From assembly GCA_963745075.1 (NCBI GenBank), contig CAVUWV010000036.1:32001-96000 (forward strand): 64,000 nucleotides of DNA. The letters are read 5' to 3'. This document shows positions 1 through 8,812 of this stretch, in pieces. Numbering within the stretch: the first letter of the stretch is position 1; every line of letters begins with the position of its first letter. The position numbers and the translations under genes were made by a program. The DNA is from Candidatus Hydrogenedentota bacterium (GTDB taxonomy: Bacteria > Hydrogenedentota > Hydrogenedentia > Hydrogenedentales > SLHB01). Below the pieces are notes generated by a model that ran no database searches, was not told where the DNA came from, and saw nothing but the letters and a program-made list of their open reading frames with translations.

Positions 1-619
1 GCAGCATGTTGACGGGCTGGCGTTGAACTTCTACGGTCCGGGCACGCTTGCGGCGGCGCTGCCGTCGGGCAATCGCGTCACGTTTACGGAAGACACTGAC
101 TACCCGCGCAACGGGCGTGTGCATATCGCGGTCGTAACCAACCAGTTGGAGACCTTCACATTGCGCCTCCGCATTCCGCGTTGGTCGAAGAACACGGAAG
201 TGTCCGTGAATGGCGAACCGGTAAAGGACGTTACGCCAGGAACCTATCTCACGCTCAGCCGCGAATGGAAAACCGGCGATCAGATCGAGCTGTCTCTGGA
301 TTTCACGCCGCGATACTGGGTGGGCGGAGAAGCTTACGACGGCAAGCTTTGCGTATACCGTGGCCCGCTGCTCTACGCCTACGACGCGCGTTACAACAAC
401 GTCAATCCCGGCGCGCTACCGGCGGTGGACTGGAAATCGCTCGTATTCACGCCCGAAACCTGGGACGGTCCCATCGAGCCGTGGAGCCTCATGTCCATTC
501 CTATGTCGGATGGTACGACGCTTCGCGTTTGCGATGTTTCCAGCGCCGGCCAGACCGGCAACCAGTACGTGACGTGGTTGAAATACGAAGGTGCCGCACC
601 GGAGTCGATCTACCCGTGA
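1..619 (+). CDS. Glycoside hydrolase family 127 (beta-L-arabinofuranosidase-like), C-terminal part; 5'-truncated by the window edge
   Basis: Motifs TDYPRNGRV, LRLRIPRWS, YLTLSREWKTGDQIELSL and VYRGPLLYA are typical of GH127/DUF1680 C-terminal domains. Confidence 0.75.
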   Translation, partial: QHVDGLALNFYGPGTLAAALPSGNRVTFTEDTDYPRNGRVHIAVVTNQLETFTLRLRIPRWSKNTEVSVNGEPVKDVTPGTYLTLSREWKTGDQIELSLDFTPRYWVGGEAYDGKLCVYRGPLLYAYDARYNNVNPGALPAVDWKSLVFTPETWDGPIEPWSLMSIPMSDGTTLRVCDVSSAGQTGNQYVTWLKYEGAAPESIYP

Positions 620-674
620 GACGCGTAATGGATTTCGATGCGAAAGTGGACCAAACGTTTGTATGGACACCTTT

Positions 675-840
675 TGGAGTGCGGCCGCTTGCGGCTGCTT
701 TTCTTCGAGTAGGCTTGCCTGCGAGTTCATACCGACCACTGACTAGAACTTCACGTGGTACGACGATTCAGATTGAGAGCATTGGGGTTGTCAGAATAAG
801 CCCAAGAATAGCGGCCACGCCGAGGCGTGGCCGCGCTCCA
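675..840. repeat. REP doublet left of the RAYT (REP-A 675-723 forward, REP-B ~800-840 reverse)
   Basis: tggagtgcggccgcttgcggctgc... at 675 and gcggccacgccgaggcgtggccgcgctcca at 811-840; both are GC hairpins with a TGGAG(T/C)G foot. Confidence 0.8.
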
Positions 841-850
841 AAGGAGCGTC

Positions 851-1408
851 ATGAATCATTATGATTCCGACACGACGTTTTCTGACTGGCCCCACGCCCC
901 TTCGCACTTGTTTGTCCCGCACGCCACGTACTTCGTTACTGCTGGGACGTATATGAAGCCGATGCTGTTCAACACGCCTGAGAAACGGGACTTGCTGTTG
1001 AAGTCCTTGTTCAAAGAAGCGTTATGCTTCAAATGGCGGCTGGAAGCATGGGCCGTCTTGGCAAATCACTACCACTTTGTCGCCTGCGCGCCAGAAGATG
1101 CGGGTAGCCTCAAGCCAATGCTGAACGCGCTCCATTCAAAGACGGCGATCTGGTTGAACAAGCAGGACGGTACGCCCGGACGCAAAGTGTGGTATCGCTA
1201 CCGCGACACGTGTCTCACCTATCAGAAGAGCTACCTCGTACGCTTGAACTATACGCACTACAATCCCGTCAAGCACGGTCTCGTCACTAAGGCCGAAGAC
1301 TATCCTTGGTGTTCCATGGGGTGGTTCCTCCGGGAAGGGGATCCCAAGTTTCGAGACATGGTGCTTTCGATCAAACACGACCGAATCAACGTGGAAGACG
1401 ATTTCTAG
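851..1408 (+). mobile_element. REP-associated tyrosine transposase (RAYT/TnpA-REP, Y1 HUH family)
   Basis: YFVTAGT, HUH motif NHYHF, catalytic-Tyr region YTHYNPVKHGL..DYPWCS; flanked by REP hairpins; RBS aaggag before ATG 851. Confidence 0.9.
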
Positions 1409-1410
1409 TA

Positions 1411-1570
1411 TGGAGTGTGGCCACGCCTTGGCGTAGCCGTCTTTCTTGGGCCTGTTGCAAGAGCTTATAGAGCACTTCATTATGTAACTGGAGATGGCGA
1501 CTTAATTCATTTCAAAACAAACCGCAGGCAAGCCTGCTCTGCAAAAGCAGCCGCAAGCGGCCGCACTCCA
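1411..1570. repeat. REP doublet right of the RAYT (REP-B' 1411-1450 forward, REP-A' 1523-1570 reverse)
   Basis: The reverse complement of 1523-1570 is identical to 675 onward for its first 28 nt; 1411-1440 is a near reverse complement of 811-840. Confidence 0.8.
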
Positions 1571-1621
1571 TATGGTTTTCGCGGCCATACGTGCCAGGTT
1601 TCGATAGGAGGCTTTCCGATC

Positions 1622-2395
1622 ATGACGGAACCCGATCCAGATCACGTGTTGAAAGAAGCCGAGGCCGCGACGAAGGCGAGCCGATACAAAGAGGCCCTGG
1701 AGAAGCACGTCTGGTATCACGAGAATGCGTTGCGCATTGAGCGTTCGCAATTCGGAGTGCGATTGAGTTATGCCCTGTTCGAGTGGCGGCGGCTCGGAAA
1801 GTATTACCCGCCTGCCCTGGCGAAGCTGCGTTCCATCCGAGATGCCTCGATACAACGTATGTACGAAGAAGGCCCAGAATCCGATCTGTTCGCTGATGTA
1901 GCGGCCCTGAACGATGTTTTGGAAGAACCGGAAAAGACGGTGGAACAGTTTCGGTGGCTTGACGCGAACCGGCCGGATGTCGCACGGTTTGCCTACTACT
2001 ATTGCTGGCAGGTGCTCGTCGAATTCCGCGAGTATTGGTTGTGTGGGAAGTACTTGAATCTCCCCCACGATTTTGAGACCGCGATGTCGGCGTATGAGGT
2101 CCACTCCCGCTACGTAGATTCACACGCCTCGCAAGAATCCTCAGACAGGATCAAAGAGGAGATGGAATTCGCCCGACAATCGTTTTCACACCGTGTTTGT
2201 TCGCTGGTCGCACTGCTCGTCCTGAACGATCGAAAACCGGAGGCCGTTGAGTACACGGCTAAGGCGAAAGAGTTTCTGGACGACGCCGAACTTCATGCAA
2301 ACCTGGATAAGGCCCTCGAAGGGGTAGTGCCGGAGCGCTGGCCACCGGTCGATCGGAGACTCTGGGAAGAGGACGATAGTCCAGATGCGGGTTAG
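1622..2395 (+). CDS. Hypothetical alpha-helical protein
   Basis: Open frame with RBS aggagg upstream of ATG 1622 (MTEPDPDH...); co-oriented with the next gene. Confidence 0.7.
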   Translation: MTEPDPDHVLKEAEAATKASRYKEALEKHVWYHENALRIERSQFGVRLSYALFEWRRLGKYYPPALAKLRSIRDASIQRMYEEGPESDLFADVAALNDVLEEPEKTVEQFRWLDANRPDVARFAYYYCWQVLVEFREYWLCGKYLNLPHDFETAMSAYEVHSRYVDSHASQESSDRIKEEMEFARQSFSHRVCSLVALLVLNDRKPEAVEYTAKAKEFLDDAELHANLDKALEGVVPERWPPVDRRLWEEDDSPDAG

Positions 2396-2404
2396 CAAAA
2401 CGAG

Positions 2405-3193
2405 ATGACGGATACCATCCTCGATCAAATCCAAATCCAACTCGATGCCATCGAACGCGACGAGGGCGTGCGGATTGTCTATGCCTGTGAATCGGGGAGC
2501 CGGGCCTGGGGGTTTGCGTCGGAGGACAGCGATTATGACGTGCGCTTTCTTTACGTTCGTCCGCCGCAGTGGTATCTGTCAATCCAGCGGGGACGCGACG
2601 TGGTCGAGCGGCCCATCAGCGAAGGGCTGGATATTGGCGGCTGGGATTTGCCGAAGGCGTTGCACCTGTTCCGGAAATCTAACCCGCCCCTGCTCGAATG
2701 GCTGCAGTCTCCTATCGTTTACCGCGAATGGGGACAAGCCGTCCCGCGACTACGAGCCTTGCTCGATGATTACTACTCGCCGATCTCGTGCATGCACCAC
2801 TACCTGCACATGGCCAGCGGCAACAACCGTGAGTACCTGCAAAGCGACGAAGTCTGGGTGAAGAAGTACTTCTACGTGTTGCGTCCCGTACTCGCCTGCA
2901 TCTGGATCGAACGCGGCCACGGTGTGGTGCCCACTGAATTCGCGAAACTCGTTGAACGTGTCGTCGATGACTCTAAAGTTCGCACCGCCATCGACGATCT
3001 CATGGAGTGCAAACGCGCCGGCCATGAACTCGATCGCGGCCCGCGCATTCCGGTCATCTCCGATTACCTCAATGTCCAACTCGACCGCCTTACCGCCGAA
3101 CACCAGGGCCGCGCCAAAACGCGGGACACGGCGGCGCTGGATCGGTTGTTCCTGGATACGCTGATCGAGGCGTTCGGCGCGGAGTTGGCGTGA
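2405..3193 (+). CDS. Predicted nucleotidyltransferase (DNA pol-beta superfamily, YcgL-like)
   Basis: ACESGSRAWGFASEDSDYDVRF motif, KSNPPLLEWLQSP, KKYFYVLRP. Confidence 0.9.
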   Translation: MTDTILDQIQIQLDAIERDEGVRIVYACESGSRAWGFASEDSDYDVRFLYVRPPQWYLSIQRGRDVVERPISEGLDIGGWDLPKALHLFRKSNPPLLEWLQSPIVYREWGQAVPRLRALLDDYYSPISCMHHYLHMASGNNREYLQSDEVWVKKYFYVLRPVLACIWIERGHGVVPTEFAKLVERVVDDSKVRTAIDDLMECKRAGHELDRGPRIPVISDYLNVQLDRLTAEHQGRAKTRDTAALDRLFLDTLIEAFGAELA

Positions 3194-3196
3194 CGG

Positions 3197-4231
3197 TCAG
3201 GTAACCGGCTTTTCTGCCAGCCATTCCAACGCAGCAGTCGTGACCCGTTCGGGATCGATGCGGGTCATGCAGCGGTGATCGGTGGTGCAGACCGGTTTCT
3301 GGCAAGGGCCGCAGTCGACATCCACCCGAATAACTTCGCCGCGTTCGTAGGGGCCTTCGCTGTAGATCGGTGCGGTCGGCCCCATGATGCAGATCGTCGG
3401 CACCTTGAACGCCACCGCGACATGCCGCGAGCCCGAATCATTGCAGACCAGCAAGTCGAGCAGCGAGATGGTGGCCTTCAGCCCGGCGATTGTCGGCGAT
3501 TCGGGCGGGCGGAGCAGCGGATGTTTCGCGTGAGCGACGACCGCCTCGCGCGTTTTTTCTTCGCCGGGGCCCGTGAGCAGAACACAACGCGCACCACGCC
3601 GATCGTGCAGGGCATCGGCCACGGCGGCATACCGTTCGGCGGGCCAGAGTTTGCTTGGTCCGAACGCCGCGCCTGGCGCAAAACCCACCAAGGGGCCGTC
3701 GCCCGCGAAGTGGTCCCGGTACGATTCCACAAGGGACGGATCCGCGGCCAGTTCCAGGCCCACACCGTCGTCCTCGCACCCCAGGGGAAGCACGAGATCC
3801 AGATATTCCGTCGCCATGTAGACCGGCGTAACCTTACCATTCTCTTGATGAGGTGGCACGCGTTCCGTAAGAAATGCGGAACGGCCGCCGCGGGCGTAAC
3901 CAATCCGCGTGCCCGCGCCCGACAGCCATGCCGTTGCCGCTGCGCGAAACGAGTGGGGAAAGGCAACCGCGATTTCCGGCTTGCGACGGCGCAGTTTCAA
4001 TCCGGACCGAATGACGCCGCTCAATCCGTCCCGCCTCCCGGCCGGCACAGTCTCCGCGATCCAGGGCAGCCCCTCAACCAATGCGCATGCGCCCGCACGG
4101 CCCGCCGCGATCAGCGTCGCATCCGGAAAGCGATGGTGTAAAGCACGCAACGCGGGCGTGCACATGGCCACGTCGCCGATCCAGTTGGGAATCAATGCCA
4201 GGATGGTTTTCACGTTTCGAACGATTTCCAC
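3197..4231 (-). CDS. waaF: LPS heptosyltransferase II (GT9)
   Basis: PNWIGDVAM, PGAAFGPSKLWP, NDSGSRHVAVA, C-terminal CGPCQKPVC..HRCM. Confidence 0.85.
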   Translation of the reverse strand: MEIVRNVKTILALIPNWIGDVAMCTPALRALHHRFPDATLIAAGRAGACALVEGLPWIAETVPAGRRDGLSGVIRSGLKLRRRKPEIAVAFPHSFRAAATAWLSGAGTRIGYARGGRSAFLTERVPPHQENGKVTPVYMATEYLDLVLPLGCEDDGVGLELAADPSLVESYRDHFAGDGPLVGFAPGAAFGPSKLWPAERYAAVADALHDRRGARCVLLTGPGEEKTREAVVAHAKHPLLRPPESPTIAGLKATISLLDLLVCNDSGSRHVAVAFKVPTICIMGPTAPIYSEGPYERGEVIRVDVDCGPCQKPVCTTDHRCMTRIDPERVTTAALEWLAEKPVT

Positions 4232-4279
4232 GCGGTGCGCATTTTGGTCAGCGGGATCGACGCGACGATTCGGGATGGA

Positions 4280-4639
4280 CTACGGCTCGTCGCGCTTTTC
4301 CGCTACCCGTCGGCCAAGTTCCGACACGAATTCGTCCTCGCCGAGGGTCGTGCGGTAGAGCTTGTGCCGTTCCGCGAAATGGGTGCGTGTGATTTCCCCA
4401 AAGTCCACGATTGCGCGCACCATCACCGCGAAGAAGAAGATGAACAACAACGATAACAAGAACGCGAACTGCCGGGGATTGTCCCGCACGTGGACGATCT
4501 GGAGTCCGAGCAACAGCACAACAATGATCGCCAAGAGCAGATAGAAGCTGAACGGCCGCGAACGGTTCGCGTCCTTCCAGGCCTTGCGGAAATGCATGCC
4601 CAGCGTCTTTGCTTCCTTGATCCGGTCGTCGTTACCCAT
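4280..4639 (-). CDS. Small hypothetical membrane protein (2 TM)
   Basis: 119-aa ORF with two hydrophobic segments, in the same-strand gene run. Confidence 0.7.
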   Translation of the reverse strand: MGNDDRIKEAKTLGMHFRKAWKDANRSRPFSFYLLLAIIVVLLLGLQIVHVRDNPRQFAFLLSLLFIFFFAVMVRAIVDFGEITRTHFAERHKLYRTTLGEDEFVSELGRRVAEKRDEP

Positions 4640-4658
4640 GGAAGTTTCCGTCGATGAT

Positions 4659-4835
4659 TAAATTCAAAATCCGAATATCGAAACACGAAACAAATCCAAA
4701 ACTCGAATGATCCAGACAATTGCTCGCGATGGAATACACCCTACACGAAATCGGAACGTCCCCTGCCGTTTTGGTCATTTCCCCACTGGGTCACTCGAAT
4801 TTGTTTCGGATTTCGTGCTTCGAATTTCAAATTTA
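4659..4835. repeat. Palindromic intergenic element with heptamer-periodic arms (CGAAAyy)
   Basis: Arms 4659-4700 and 4795-4835 are imperfect inverted repeats; a related element lies at 37201-37368. Confidence 0.75.
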
Positions 4836-4870
4836 GTTCCGTGCTTCCAACATCAATTCGTAGTCGCCCC

Positions 4871-5095
4871 CTAATTAAGCGGGCATCCGCCACCCTGAAG
4901 CTGGCAGCACGACGACGCGCCGCAGCCCGCAGGCATGTCCCCGCGTGACGGGCCGCCCGACAGGGCCGCGAAAGCGCTCGCCTGTTTTACCAGCTTCTTC
5001 GACCCGCACGACGGGCATTCCGGGACGGTTTCACCGCGGACGAGGATCTCGTTTTCCGCGTGACAATCCTTACATTCAAACACGAACAACGGCAT
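4871..5095 (-). CDS. FmdB-family zinc-ribbon protein
   Basis: MPLFVFECKDC...CPSCGS pattern and Cys-rich tail. Confidence 0.85.
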   Translation of the reverse strand: MPLFVFECKDCHAENEILVRGETVPECPSCGSKKLVKQASAFAALSGGPSRGDMPAGCGASSCCQLQGGGCPLN

Positions 5096-5212
5096 TGCAA
5101 CACTCCACGCCGCAGTACCTTGCGGCAAAAAGACCTACCCCCCAAATGATACCAGACAATGGCGGGGTTCACAACGTTTACGGCCGCGAACGGCCACACA
5201 GCTTGGAATTGC

Positions 5213-5542
5213 CTACTGTAAAAAGACGATAGTCAGCAACAGGTTGGAATCCTCCTTGGCTCGAAGGGCATGAGGCTCGTTCGGCGCGAGATGGATGAGC
5301 TGTCCCGCTTTCAAGGTTTCCGATTTCCCCATAGTGTCGATTTCAATGGTCCCGGAAAGACAGTGAATGACAACCGGCGCGGCGACTTGGTGTTGATCGA
5401 TGGTCTTACCGGCCGAGAGCGCCATCCGAATCAGCTCCATATTGTCCGTTTTCACGACCGCTTTCGTCCCGCCCGAGGGTAAGTCGTCTCCCCAAGTGTC
5501 CAGGTCCACGACCTCGCCCGGGGCCGCATGATGCAATGCCAT
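5213..5542 (-). CDS. Cupin domain protein
   Basis: HQVAAPVVIHCLSG...PNEPHALRA cupin motifs; RBS ggagg. Confidence 0.85.
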   Translation of the reverse strand: MALHHAAPGEVVDLDTWGDDLPSGGTKAVVKTDNMELIRMALSAGKTIDQHQVAAPVVIHCLSGTIEIDTMGKSETLKAGQLIHLAPNEPHALRAKEDSNLLLTIVFLQ

Positions 5543-5725
5543 TGGTCACCTCCCGTTCGTTCGAACTTTTACGTCCTTGCCCGAGTGCTTGCGCCCTCCT
5601 GCTATCGTAACAGGTTGTGGCCGTCCAAGCTTCCATCAGCCGTAGAATTCCCGGAATCGCGCAGTATTCCGCCGTTCATATGGGCGCGCCGGACGAGGGA
5701 CGGGGTGGAGGACTTTGCCTTTGGA

Positions 5726-5741
5726 CCACTATATGTAGGAT
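5726..5741. promoter_or_regulatory. NrdR-box-like motif (second copy)
   Basis: CCACTATATGTAGGAT resembles the NrdR consensus acaCwAtATaTwGtg. Confidence 0.4.
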
Positions 5742-5881
5742 CGGAGATTGTTGCACGCGGTTTACCACAATGGCGCGGATGGCCCGTATGGCATCAATTT
5801 ATAGGGGCAATGTCACATCAAGACACATTTTATGCGAATTTCCGGGATCGGGAATTTTTTTGAAAAACACACTTGACCCTA

Positions 5882-5910
5882 TTGACAACCCCTATATGTT
5901 GTGGTAAACT
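5882..5910 (+). promoter_or_regulatory. Near-consensus sigma70 promoter with extended -10; NrdR-box-like motif in its spacer (5889-5904)
   Basis: TTGACA(5882-5887)-17 nt-TAAACT(5905-5910), TG at 5902-5903; spacer contains CCCCTATATGTTGTGG. Confidence 0.75.
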
Positions 5911-5916
5911 CGCTTC

Positions 5917-6114
5917 AGTGTCTGGAGCCAAACGTGTGGATCTGGTCACGACTTCATCGCACCGTGAAGTCATTCCGCAGCCCAGGCCATATAGGATCCA
6001 CACAAGACGCGAGCTGTCTGAGGCCAACGACCGCAGCCCAATGGTTTCAGAAGATGTACGCTCGAGACCGTGACCCTCTTGCGCCAAGATACACGGAACA
6101 CGGTTTCAGGCACT
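5917..6114 (+). ncRNA. Candidate structured non-coding RNA (~200 nt), family unassigned
   Basis: 5' end 5917-5929 pairs with 3' end 6102-6114; three internal hairpins; repeated CCGCAGCCCA; strong promoter directly upstream, hairpin downstream, no credible ORF. Confidence 0.65.
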
Positions 6115-6123
6115 CCCCGCACT

Positions 6124-6163
6124 GAGCGGCGGGTTCCCAAGGCCCGCCGCTCCCTCCATTTTT
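6124..6163 (+). terminator. Terminator-like GC hairpin
   Basis: gagcggcggg(6124-6133)/cccgccgctc(6143-6152); T5 at 6159-6163 is offset by 6 nt; may also serve the convergent gene. Confidence 0.6.
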
Positions 6164-6232
6164 CAGCCAAGAAGCCCACATGGTCAGAATTCATCGGTTA
6201 ACCGAGTGCAAGCGGAGGCGCCATGCTGCGTC

Positions 6233-8542
6233 TTACCGGCCGAAGATATCCGGGCCGGGGGGGAAGGAATCGTAGGGGCCCGCGGAAAAGCTGAGGATGT
6301 CGGCGAAATTCGGGAGGGCGGGGTCGCTGCGCTGGATGCGCCATTCGCCTTCCTGGTTGGTGAAGGTGAGCCAGACTTCCCCACGCTCCGTGCGGGGGAA
6401 CCACGCCGTTTGCCCGGCAAAGCGGCCGGTCGGGTCGCTGATCGCGGCGCCCGTGAACCGGCAATACAGTAAGACGCGGACTTCCCCCTTCGCGTCGTAA
6501 TCGGCGAAGTCCCATTTCCGAAGTTGGCGCGTCATCTTGCAGGCCGAGTACCGTTCGAAAAACCATTGGTACGCCCGTTTCGCGTACTGGAACTGCCACC
6601 ACTGGGGATCGCGGTAGTCGGTGCCGTAGAGGTCCATGACCCCGTCGAGATTCTCGTTGGTGAAGTCGTCGTCCCACTGCTCGATGCGGGCAATGACTTT
6701 TTTGGCGACATCGCGATGGTCGTCGCTGACGCCTTCATAGGTGGGCCACCATGCCTGAGACTCGGGCAGGATACTCATGGGACCTTCGAGGGGGCGGCTC
6801 TGGGCTTGGGCAACCAGATCCGTCAGCACGACTTCTTCATCGATCCGGCTTTCCACCCAACTGAACGCCAGATAGTCGCCGAAATTCACGGTCCCTTCGT
6901 AGGGTTCTCGTTCGTTGGTCAATGCCGTCACGGCATACGCGACGGACTGGGCGGGGTCCACGGACGGGTCGGTCCAGCTTCGCTCGTCGATATTCTTGGC
7001 GACCTCTGTATACTCGCCCGTCGGGTACAACCGCTTGAAGACGTTGTACGACACGTCTCCCTCGCGGAACGGCCACGTCAACGTCACGGTCGTGTCGCGC
7101 CGCTCCGCGTGAACGTCGCGAACGGGCGCCGGGAGCGACGGAATAACAAAAGTCTGTTTCTCGTAGTGGCTCTCGCGCGTGTTCATGACAAACACGCCGC
7201 GTCCGGCCCGCACGATGAAGGCGGAACCCGACCCATCCGGGCCGAGATACTGGTCCAGCAATTCCGTCCAACCCTGGGCCGAAGGCACACTTGCCGGTCT
7301 TACAATTCGGGGCAAGGCCCCGAGCACGTCGGACGGCGCATAGGGTGACATGATAGGCACCCAATAATGACGGCCTGAATTCGGGATAAGTTCCACGATC
7401 TGGCCGGGGCGTTCCATGCCGTAGGCGCCTTTGAGCATAAGCCCCTCATCCCGCACGCCGTCGAGATCGCGCAGGTTGAGCTGGAACTCCTGCGGTGTGC
7501 GCGAAACGCCCAATTGATAGGCCACCCGGATCTTCTCCGCCACGAATTTCTTGTCGGCGATCAACCCGTCCGCGGCAATCTGCCGCAAAACGGGCAAGAT
7601 CGCTTTCGCCCAGTACTGCACGCGGTCCCCGGTCCAGAGATCGCGGTCTTCTGGAAAGGAATAGGCGCAGGCGCCGCCCGACGCGCCGTTTAATACCATG
7701 GCCCGGTACAACGACGGCGGCATCCCCGGTCCGTCGGCCGCGATGCCAAACTCGCCGGGTTCAACCAGGCCGGCGTGCACGTACCATTGCGATGTGGGGG
7801 CGACACCCCACTGTGCGACCGCGCCCTCCAACCACAAGCCCATAAGCGCACCCTGTTGTGCGATGGTCGATCCTTGATCGTGCCCCACCAGTGGGACCAC
7901 GTACGCGCTGCACGCGCGAAACGTATCGAGCAGGGGGCGGCACTGCGCGTTAGCCATCACGTGCAGCCACCCCGTGCCGTCCAGCCGGACTGCGACGAAC
8001 CGGCCGTAACTCGCTGCCAAGTTGGTCGCGCCCGACAGCCACCCTACGTTCGGCGGCATCGCGATGTCATCACCGCCACTGAACGCGTAATACTCGTCAA
8101 ATGCGAGATCGGTGACGTTGATTCCCTTGACGCACGTGAATTGGGCCACCAAATCTTCCAGCAGGTTAAGCGGATAAACTCGCTGCGGATTGGCGTCCGC
8201 AACGTGGACCACCGTGGGGATTTCCGCGTTTTGCAGCGCTTTGAGCAGGTTCGTAAACCGCAGATGGCGCGATTCCGCGTCGGAACCCTGCATGTCGACG
8301 ACGAGCGTTGCGTAGGGTTTCATCCCGTTGGGCAGAGACGCCCACGCGCCGATCACGCGTTGGGTATACACCTCCGTATCGCCCGAACCGCTACCCGGCG
8401 CTTGGAAAAGGAAGAGCGGGTGATAGGCGCTGATCTCTACCGTCAATGGAGGGTAACTCTCTGCACTAACGGTACTTATCGTCAACACAAGAACAAGACA
8501 CACCCCCGCTGCCCGAACGATGAAATCCTTCAAAACCGTCAT
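6233..8542 (-). CDS. Secreted protein with a GH98-like domain, an FN3-like segment and a C-terminal NTF2/SnoaL-like domain
   Basis: Signal peptide (VCLVLVLTISTVSA); YHPLFLFQ, GALMGLWLEGAVAQWG..QWY and IPNSGRHYWVP resemble GH98 segments; LTWP...YNVFKR...YAVTA is FN3-like. Confidence 0.55.
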   Translation of the reverse strand: MTVLKDFIVRAAGVCLVLVLTISTVSAESYPPLTVEISAYHPLFLFQAPGSGSGDTEVYTQRVIGAWASLPNGMKPYATLVVDMQGSDAESRHLRFTNLLKALQNAEIPTVVHVADANPQRVYPLNLLEDLVAQFTCVKGINVTDLAFDEYYAFSGGDDIAMPPNVGWLSGATNLAASYGRFVAVRLDGTGWLHVMANAQCRPLLDTFRACSAYVVPLVGHDQGSTIAQQGALMGLWLEGAVAQWGVAPTSQWYVHAGLVEPGEFGIAADGPGMPPSLYRAMVLNGASGGACAYSFPEDRDLWTGDRVQYWAKAILPVLRQIAADGLIADKKFVAEKIRVAYQLGVSRTPQEFQLNLRDLDGVRDEGLMLKGAYGMERPGQIVELIPNSGRHYWVPIMSPYAPSDVLGALPRIVRPASVPSAQGWTELLDQYLGPDGSGSAFIVRAGRGVFVMNTRESHYEKQTFVIPSLPAPVRDVHAERRDTTVTLTWPFREGDVSYNVFKRLYPTGEYTEVAKNIDERSWTDPSVDPAQSVAYAVTALTNEREPYEGTVNFGDYLAFSWVESRIDEEVVLTDLVAQAQSRPLEGPMSILPESQAWWPTYEGVSDDHRDVAKKVIARIEQWDDDFTNENLDGVMDLYGTDYRDPQWWQFQYAKRAYQWFFERYSACKMTRQLRKWDFADYDAKGEVRVLLYCRFTGAAISDPTGRFAGQTAWFPRTERGEVWLTFTNQEGEWRIQRSDPALPNFADILSFSAGPYDSFPPGPDIFGR

Positions 8543-8812
8543 ATACCGAATTGTATGCAACCTGCTAATCACTTCACAAGTGGACTGTATACGCCGTTCC
8601 GAATGCCGAGGCGCCGATCCATGGGGCGGTCGTTCCACCTAAGGTAAATGTCCGAAACCATTGAAAAAGATGCAGTTGAAACATCGTTTTGCGCGTTTGT
8701 AAGCCGTTTGTTGGGTCGAACCAACCTTGAATCATCCCGCAACCCTCTACTACAATGCGCCCTTCCTACTCGTCTTTTCTCGCACTCCAACTGACGGAGA
8801 CGTTCGATCAAC

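Noticed and set aside
5917..6114. Identification as tmRNA, RNase P, SRP RNA or a riboswitch
   Set aside because: No tRNA-like ends, no GAGGAAAGUCC, no SRP domain IV motif, and no downstream same-strand gene
5830..6194. Short ORFs over the candidate ncRNA
   Set aside because: No RBS or motifs, they conflict with the promoter position, and base-pairing explains the sequence better
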